A stretch of 64,000 nucleotides of DNA from contig JAVKHN010000004.1 in NCBI GenBank assembly GCA_031459935.1, forward strand, positions 14,041-78,040. The letters run 5' to 3'. The notes under the pieces are model-generated. The model had not been told where the DNA came from and did no database searches. It worked only from the letters and a program-made list of their open reading frames with translations. This document shows positions 58,261 through 64,000 of this stretch, piece by piece (the stretch's first letter is position 1; each line of letters begins with the position of its first letter). Made by a program: the position numbers and the translations under genes. Source of the stretch: Candidatus Sysuimicrobium calidum. GTDB lineage: Bacteria > Sysuimicrobiota > Sysuimicrobiia > Sysuimicrobiales > Sysuimicrobiaceae.

Positions 58261-60321
58261 TCATCCCCTTCGAGGTCCGTCCCGGACGGTTCGGTGCGGC
58301 CAGGCCGTGATCACCGTACCGAGGAGGAAGAGAAATCCCCCCATCCAGATCCACCGCACCATGGGGTTCACCCAAGCTCGGAAGGTGGCGCGCCCGGAGG
58401 GATCGAAGGCCTCCAGCACCACGTACAGGTCCTCCCGGAAGGTGGAGTGGATCGCTGGACGGCTGGTGGGCTGGTCCCACCTCGGGTAGTACAGCCGCAG
58501 GGGCTGCAGGATCCGGGTCCCCGTGCCGCTTTGCACCTCCAGATTCGCCCAGCTGAGCTGGACACCCGGTGCTTCTCCGCCCCGCAGCCCCCGGTAGGTG
58601 ATCTCGTACCGGCCTACCCGAAACCGCTCGCCCGGCCGCACCGTGGCCTCCCGCTCCTGGACGTAGGCGTGGCTGGCCACGAGCCCCACCGTCACCACGA
58701 GCACCGCGAGGTGCACGAGATACCCGCCGTACCGCCGCCGCTGGTCCCGGAAGAGCTGCCAGAGGGCCACCGGGTACGATGCGCCGCGGGCCGTCCGGAC
58801 CGAAGCTCCCCGATGGTACGCCTGCAGCGTGGCCGCGGCCGCAAACGCCACGGCCGCAAGGCCCGCCACCACCCCGGGCCGTCGCAGCAATACCCCGGCC
58901 GCGATCCCCGTCCCGAGCAGGGCCGCGAGCGGGAACCGGAACCGCACGAGGACGCTCCCGGTGGCGTGCCGCCAGGGGAGGAGGGTACCGGTTCCCATGA
59001 GGAGCAGCAGCGCCACTCCGATGGGTGCGCTGACCTTCCGGAAGTAGGGCGGCCCCACGAACACCTGCACTCCCTCCACTGCCTCCGTGAGGGCGGGAAA
59101 GAGGGTGCCGAGCAGCACCGCGAAGGCAAACCCCAAAAACAGCACGTTGTTGAAGAGGAACGCACCCTCCCGGGAGGCGAGGGAGAACGTCACGGTTCGA
59201 TCCCGCAGCCGGTCCCACCGCCACGCGGCGAGGCCAAAGGAGAATCCGAGCAGAGCCCCGAGGTAGGCGAGGAAGGGGGCAGCGATCTCGGACTGCGCGA
59301 AGGTGTGCACCGAGGCCACGAGCCCCGTGCGGGTAAGGAAGGTGCCGAGCTGGCCCATCGCAAAGGTGAGGATCACCAGTCCCGTGTTCCAGGCGGCGAA
59401 GATTCCCCGGCGCTCCTGGATGAGGGCGGAGTGGAGGTAGGCGGTTCCCACCAGCCACGGCACCAGGGACGAGTTCTCCACGGGATCCCATCCCCAATAC
59501 CCACCCCATCCCAGCACCCGGTACGCCCACCACCCACCGGCCAGAATCCCCGCGCTCAGGGCCGCCCAGGCGAAGAAATTCCAGGCGCGGGTGGCTACGA
59601 TCCACCGGGCATCCAGCTGCCCCGTGAGGAGGGCGGCCATGGAGAAGGCATAGGGGACCGAGAACCCCACGAACCCCAGGTACAGAAGCGGCGGGTGCAC
59701 CACCATCCCGGGATCCAGGAGAAGCGGATTCAGGCCGCGGCCGTCTGGAGGCGGAACCTCGAAGGCTCTGAAGGGGTTCTCGAAGGCAGCGACCAGCACC
59801 AGGAAGAACGCGAGCACCCCTGCCAGCACGGCCACCGCGTAGGGCAAAAGGGTCGGGTCCGTACGACGATGGCGCAGCTGCGCGAGAGCCGCAAACGCGC
59901 TCAGCATCCAGGTCCAGAACAGCAACGACCCCGCCTGCCCGCCCCACAGCCCACTCAGCCGGTACAGAAGCGGGGTGTCGAGGCTGCTGTTGCGGGCCAC
60001 GTACACCAGGGTGAAGTCATGCGTGACCAGGGCCACAAGAAGGGCAAGGAGCGCCACGGAGAGGAAGACCGCAGGGGTGAGGGCCGCATTCAGGCCGCTT
60101 GCGATCCAGGCAGGTGAGGCGCGTCTCAGGCCGTGAGCCAGGGCCCCGATGGTGTAGAGACTCGAGGCGAGGGCCATCCACACGGAGGCGGAACCTACCA
60201 GGGCGAGGCCGTCGCCCCGCAGGCTCCAGAGGACTGCAACGAGCCATGCTCCTACCACAACGACCGCTCCCGCCCCGAGCCACCGCCGGCCCGCGGGCGG
60301 TGCGGCCGCCGCCACGTTCAT
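58261..60321 (-). CDS. ccmF: Heme lyase CcmF
   Basis: GLNPLL, HPP, WGGYWGWDPVEN, SVHTF, GGYLVH. Confidence 0.96.
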   Translation of the reverse strand: MNVAAAAPPAGRRWLGAGAVVVVGAWLVAVLWSLRGDGLALVGSASVWMALASSLYTIGALAHGLRRASPAWIASGLNAALTPAVFLSVALLALLVALVTHDFTLVYVARNSSLDTPLLYRLSGLWGGQAGSLLFWTWMLSAFAALAQLRHRRTDPTLLPYAVAVLAGVLAFFLVLVAAFENPFRAFEVPPPDGRGLNPLLLDPGMVVHPPLLYLGFVGFSVPYAFSMAALLTGQLDARWIVATRAWNFFAWAALSAGILAGGWWAYRVLGWGGYWGWDPVENSSLVPWLVGTAYLHSALIQERRGIFAAWNTGLVILTFAMGQLGTFLTRTGLVASVHTFAQSEIAAPFLAYLGALLGFSFGLAAWRWDRLRDRTVTFSLASREGAFLFNNVLFLGFAFAVLLGTLFPALTEAVEGVQVFVGPPYFRKVSAPIGVALLLLMGTGTLLPWRHATGSVLVRFRFPLAALLGTGIAAGVLLRRPGVVAGLAAVAFAAAATLQAYHRGASVRTARGASYPVALWQLFRDQRRRYGGYLVHLAVLVVTVGLVASHAYVQEREATVRPGERFRVGRYEITYRGLRGGEAPGVQLSWANLEVQSGTGTRILQPLRLYYPRWDQPTSRPAIHSTFREDLYVVLEAFDPSGRATFRAWVNPMVRWIWMGGFLFLLGTVITAWPHRTVRDGPRRG

Positions 60322-60383
60322 CTTCCCTCCCGCGCGGTTTTGAACTCAGCCCTATTATCGCATGGCCGCGCGGGAGATCACGG

Positions 60384-60818
60384 TTACCTGGCCTCCGCGA
60401 TAAGGCGCAGCAGCTCCGACACGCCCCTTGCGGCGTTCTTCCGCTGGGCGAGGTCCCGGCTCTGGATGCCCTTCACCGCGAGCTCACCCGCGGCCTCCGC
60501 CACCAGCATCCAGCTCCTGCCCACCCGGTCGTTTCGCAGGTCCGGGAGGATGCCCTGTCCCTGTCCCTCGCACACGTGGCCCCAGGCCCGGTTGAAGTTG
60601 CGCCCCCGGGGGCCCTCGATGCAGTTCAGGGCATGTCCCAGGTGCTGCTCTACGTAACTCATGGACTCCCCTCCCGCGGCAAACCCCGCGTGGGTGGCCG
60701 CGGTCCGGGCCTGGACCCTCCAGGCCGGCTCCCCGCCTCCTGCGGGCTGCTGCTCGTGGTAGGAAGCATACCCCGCGGTCACAAGACCCACCAGGACAAC
60801 GGCCGCGATCCAGCGCAT
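60384..60818 (-). CDS. Secreted helical hypothetical protein with His/Cys motifs
   Basis: GGAGG RBS, signal peptide, ATHA, QHLGHALNC, HVC. Confidence 0.7.
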   Translation of the reverse strand: MRWIAAVVLVGLVTAGYASYHEQQPAGGGEPAWRVQARTAATHAGFAAGGESMSYVEQHLGHALNCIEGPRGRNFNRAWGHVCEGQGQGILPDLRNDRVGRSWMLVAEAAGELAVKGIQSRDLAQRKNAARGVSELLRLIAEAR

Positions 60819-60879
60819 CTCCGCACCTCCCGGTCAGGGTTTCGCCCGTTCATCCTGAGCCGGGAGGTTCACGGTTCTG

Positions 60880-62030
60880 TCACAAGCTCTGGACCACTGC
60901 CCCTGCCACCGCCCCCGCCCCCAGCAGCACCACGGGGTTGAGGTTCGTGCGGAATGCAACGAGGCCGGTGGCGAGGGCGATGAGGACGGTGGGGAGGTCG
61001 TGGATGGAGGCTCGGGCTAGGTGCCAGGTCACTTCGGCCATGAGGGCCCAGGAGATCGCGTTCACCCCGTCCAGGAAGGCCGCAGCCCACACGGAGCGCC
61101 GGAGCCGCGGCACGAAGGGGCGGGTGATGGCCACGAACACGAAGGCGGGCAGGAAGATCCCTGCGGTGGCCACCGCGGCCCCCGCAGGCCCGCCGAGGAG
61201 GTACCCGATGAAGGTGGCGGTCGTGAACACCGGCCCGGGCGTGATCTGGCCCACGGCCACCGCATCCAGCAGTTGCGCGAGATCCATCCACCGGAGCCGC
61301 TCCACGAGGTCCGTCCGCAAAAACGCCAGGAGCACGTACCCGCTCCCGAAGAGCACGGATCCGATCTTGAGGAAGACCCCGAACAGCGTCCCCAGGCTAG
61401 AGGGAACCGGAGGCGCAGCGGCCGGGAGGCCCACGGCGACGGGGAGGAGGGCGAGTACCGCTCCGGCGGCGACGGCGCGCCGCAGGAGCATCACCGCTCC
61501 TCCGCCTGCGAAGAGCAGGGCGAGCTCGTGCACCCCCACGAAGCGGAGGCCGAGGCTTGTGAGGGCCGCGCTGAGGGTAAGCCCGTCCTTGAGGGCAGTC
61601 CGGCCGAGGCCCCAGAGGGCGTGGGCCACGATGACCACCACCACGGGCTTGACGCCGTAGAAGGCCCTCTCCACCTCCGGCAGGGACCCCCACCGCACGT
61701 ACGCCCAGGCCAGGGCGAGCACGATAAGGGCCGCGGGCAGGATGAAGCTCGCGCCCGCGGCCACAAGCCCCCACCCCCCGTCCGGGCGTGCCCGATGTGG
61801 ATGGCCGTCTCCGTGGAGTTCGGGCCGGGGATGAGGTGGGTGACGCCGAGGAGATCCAGGAACTCCTGGTCCGTCATCCACCGCCGGCGGCGTACCACCT
61901 CCTCCCGCATCAGGGCGATGTGCACCGCAGGACCCCCGAAGGCCGTGGCCCCCAAGCGCAGAAAAAGGGCCACCAGCGTCTCGAGATCCCCGCGCGCGCG
62001 GCGGCCTCCCACGGCTTCATCTTGGGACAC
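60880..62030 (-). pseudogene. chrA: Chromate efflux transporter ChrA, frameshifted at about 61768-61779
   Basis: N-part (FLRLGATAFGGP...IPGPNSTE) and C-part (FILP...FGSG...ITPGP) are in different frames, joined at a G6-T-G5 run. Confidence 0.85.
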
Positions 62031-62076
62031 GCCGGGATCCCGCACAACCGGGACGTCCCTCGCGGGGCCCACGCTT

Positions 62077-63279
62077 TCAGTCCACCCGGAGCACGAGGGC
62101 GGCGGCGCTATCCCCGGCCGCGCAGCCGGAAAACAGGCCGTAGCCGCCTCCCGCGAGCACCAGCTCCTCGATGAGCTCCATGGCGAGCCGCATGCCCGTG
62201 GGCGCCTGGGGATGTCCGTACACCAGGGAGCTGCCGTAGTGGTTGAAGGCCTCGGGGGGGATCTTCAGGGCCTTCGCGAAGTAGAGGTCGTTGACCGCAA
62301 AGGGGTTGTGGGTCTTGATGGCCCGCAGGTCCGGGATTCTCAGATCGGCCACCGCGAGGGCCCGCTTCGCCGCCTCCGCGGTGGCCTCGGGCATGTATCC
62401 CTTTCGCACCCGGGCCTGCGCGAAGGCCAGGAGCTGGATCCGGATGCCGGCTTTCCGGCCGAGCTCCTCGGCCCGCTCCCGCGTCGCCACGATCATGCCG
62501 CAGTTCCCGTCCGCGGGGTGAGTCTGGGTCCCGTAGGTCACCGTCCCCTCCGGGAGCACGGGCGCAAGGCGGGCGAGACCTTCCGCGGTGGTGGGGTGAA
62601 TGCCCTCGTCCCCTGTCACCGTGGCAAGCGGCTTCCGTCCCGAGGGATCCTTCATCTCGATGGGGACTACCATGTAGCGTCGCTGGAAGGCGGCATCGTC
62701 CGCAAGGGCGGCCTGATACTGCGCATACCGGAGCAGGGTGACCTCCTCCTGGGCCTTGCGGGTGAACCCGTTTTCCCGGGCTACCCGCTCCGCGGTCTCG
62801 ATCTGGGCGTTGCGGGCGTAGGGATCCAGGAAGAAGTTGTCCCAGACCCAGTTCTCGCTCTCCCCCGTTCCTCCAGGGCCCAGGGGGTTCGGGTAGTAGA
62901 TGTGAGGCCCGTTGCTGGTGCGGTCGCAGGTGATGGTCAGGATGGCCCGGGCTCCGCCCGCCTCGATCTCCGCGGCCGCGTCCGCCACGACCCGCGCGGC
63001 GGTGGCGCAGGCCTGGCTGATGGTAGGCCCCGTCAGGAACTCAGCCCCCAGAAGCCCGGCGAACCACGGAGCCCCGAAGAAGGCGTGCCTGGCCGGTACG
63101 GTCATCCCGAGCCGCAGCCCATCGAAGACCGTGGGCGGGATCCCCCGTTCGTCCAGGGCCCGCCGGGCGATCTCCGCAGCGAACAGGATCGGATGGAGAT
63201 GGGCGAAGCTCCCTTGCCACCGGACGAAGGGGGTAGACCAGTAGCCACCGTACGGGATGAACACCCGGTCGAACCGCAC
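62077..63279 (-). CDS. Thiolase family protein
   Basis: SQACATA, HNPFA, GSSLVYGHP, SGCAAG. Confidence 0.9.
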   Translation of the reverse strand: MRFDRVFIPYGGYWSTPFVRWQGSFAHLHPILFAAEIARRALDERGIPPTVFDGLRLGMTVPARHAFFGAPWFAGLLGAEFLTGPTISQACATAARVVADAAAEIEAGGARAILTITCDRTSNGPHIYYPNPLGPGGTGESENWVWDNFFLDPYARNAQIETAERVARENGFTRKAQEEVTLLRYAQYQAALADDAAFQRRYMVVPIEMKDPSGRKPLATVTGDEGIHPTTAEGLARLAPVLPEGTVTYGTQTHPADGNCGMIVATRERAEELGRKAGIRIQLLAFAQARVRKGYMPEATAEAAKRALAVADLRIPDLRAIKTHNPFAVNDLYFAKALKIPPEAFNHYGSSLVYGHPQAPTGMRLAMELIEELVLAGGGYGLFSGCAAGDSAAALVLRVD

Positions 63280-63288
63280 GCTCCTCCC

Positions 63289-64000
63289 TCAGCGTACCCT
63301 CATGGCCTGCTCCCACTTCCGGCGCTCCTCCTCCCGGAGCTCCCGGCGGAGCAGCTTGCCCACTTTGGACTTCGGCAGCATGTCGCGGAACTCGATGTAG
63401 TCCGGCACCTCGTAGGGTGCCAGCCGCTCCCGGCACCACCGCAGGAGTTCGTACGCGGAGATCCCCCGCAGGTCCTCCTTGAGGACCACGAAGGCCTTGA
63501 TGCGCTCCCCGACCTCTGCGTCCGGGACGCCCACCGCGCACGCGGCGATCACCGCGGGGTGCTCCTGCAGTACGGACTCCACCCGGGCGGGTGCCACCCG
63601 GTAGCCCCGCTTCTTGATGAGGTCTGCGGACCGGTCCACGAAGTAGAGCCATCCGTCCGTATCCATGCGCAGGATGTCCCCGGTTCGGTACCACACGCGT
63701 CCCTCGTACGTAGGGAAGGCCCGCCGGGTCTCCTCAGCTCTGTTCCAGTAGGCGGTGGGGAGGTGCGGGCCGGATACGAGAAGCTCCCCGGGCTCGCCGG
63801 GGGAGCACGGCCGCAGGGTTTCGGGATCCACGATCCGCACTTCCCTCCCCCGCACCACCCGTCCCACGGTCCCTTCCGGGAACGGCTGCCCTGCGGGGGT
63901 CATGGAGATGGCTCCGCACGCCTCCGTGGCTCCGTAGCCCTGATGGATCTCCAGGCCGAACCGCGCCTTCCACCGCCGGCTCATGTCCGGAGGGAGGGCG
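63289..64000 (-). CDS. AMP-dependent acyl-CoA synthetase (5' part outside the window)
   Basis: QGYGATE, YRTGD, VDR..DLIK, LPKSKVGK. Confidence 0.92.
   Translation of the reverse strand, partial: ALPPDMSRRWKARFGLEIHQGYGATEACGAISMTPAGQPFPEGTVGRVVRGREVRIVDPETLRPCSPGEPGELLVSGPHLPTAYWNRAEETRRAFPTYEGRVWYRTGDILRMDTDGWLYFVDRSADLIKKRGYRVAPARVESVLQEHPAVIAACAVGVPDAEVGERIKAFVVLKEDLRGISAYELLRWCRERLAPYEVPDYIEFRDMLPKSKVGKLLRRELREEERRKWEQAMRVR

Noticed and set aside
1-64000. CRISPR array, prophage, IS elements, defence systems
   Set aside because: No regularly spaced direct repeats, and no cas, transposase or phage-like genes recognised

Overview
A very GC-rich bacterial chromosomal window, mostly housekeeping. 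I saw no integrase, transposase, phage genes or CRISPR array. In order it carries: a PAS hybrid histidine kinase, an AI-2E transporter, tRNA-Asn, and a pilB-like/pilT/pilU cluster; amtB, a small ORF, glnA and a REC-ANTAR regulator; CNNM/CBS and UPF0182 proteins, a SufT-like protein, pncB, a Mo-hydroxylase large subunit, tRNA-Asp/Phe/Glu and coxG; a glycolipid-type cluster; a Trp T-box leading tyrA-trpE-G-D-C-trpS-F-B-A; OsmC, Mn-catalase and AraC genes; an FMN-riboswitch rib operon ending in thiO; an aromatic O-demethylase/dioxygenase/SBP cassette and nadA-nadC; a class Ic-type nrdAB under a cobalamin riboswitch and NrdR boxes; a ctaA-ctaB fusion, ccmF/H, a frameshifted chrA, a thiolase and a partial acyl-CoA ligase. 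The most notable observations are: (1) an identical 14-nt hairpin motif overlapping two terminators in the amtB-glnA-ANTAR locus, suggesting an ANTAR antitermination circuit with a non-canonical loop; (2) an OsmC-family gene whose 'stop' UGA sits at the resolving-Cys position and is followed by a SECIS-like hairpin, so it is probably a selenoprotein; (3) a catalytically degenerate PilB paralogue with an MshEN c-di-GMP domain; (4) hairpins inserted at equivalent T-loop positions in two riboswitch classes. All calls come from reading motifs by eye; no database searches were run.
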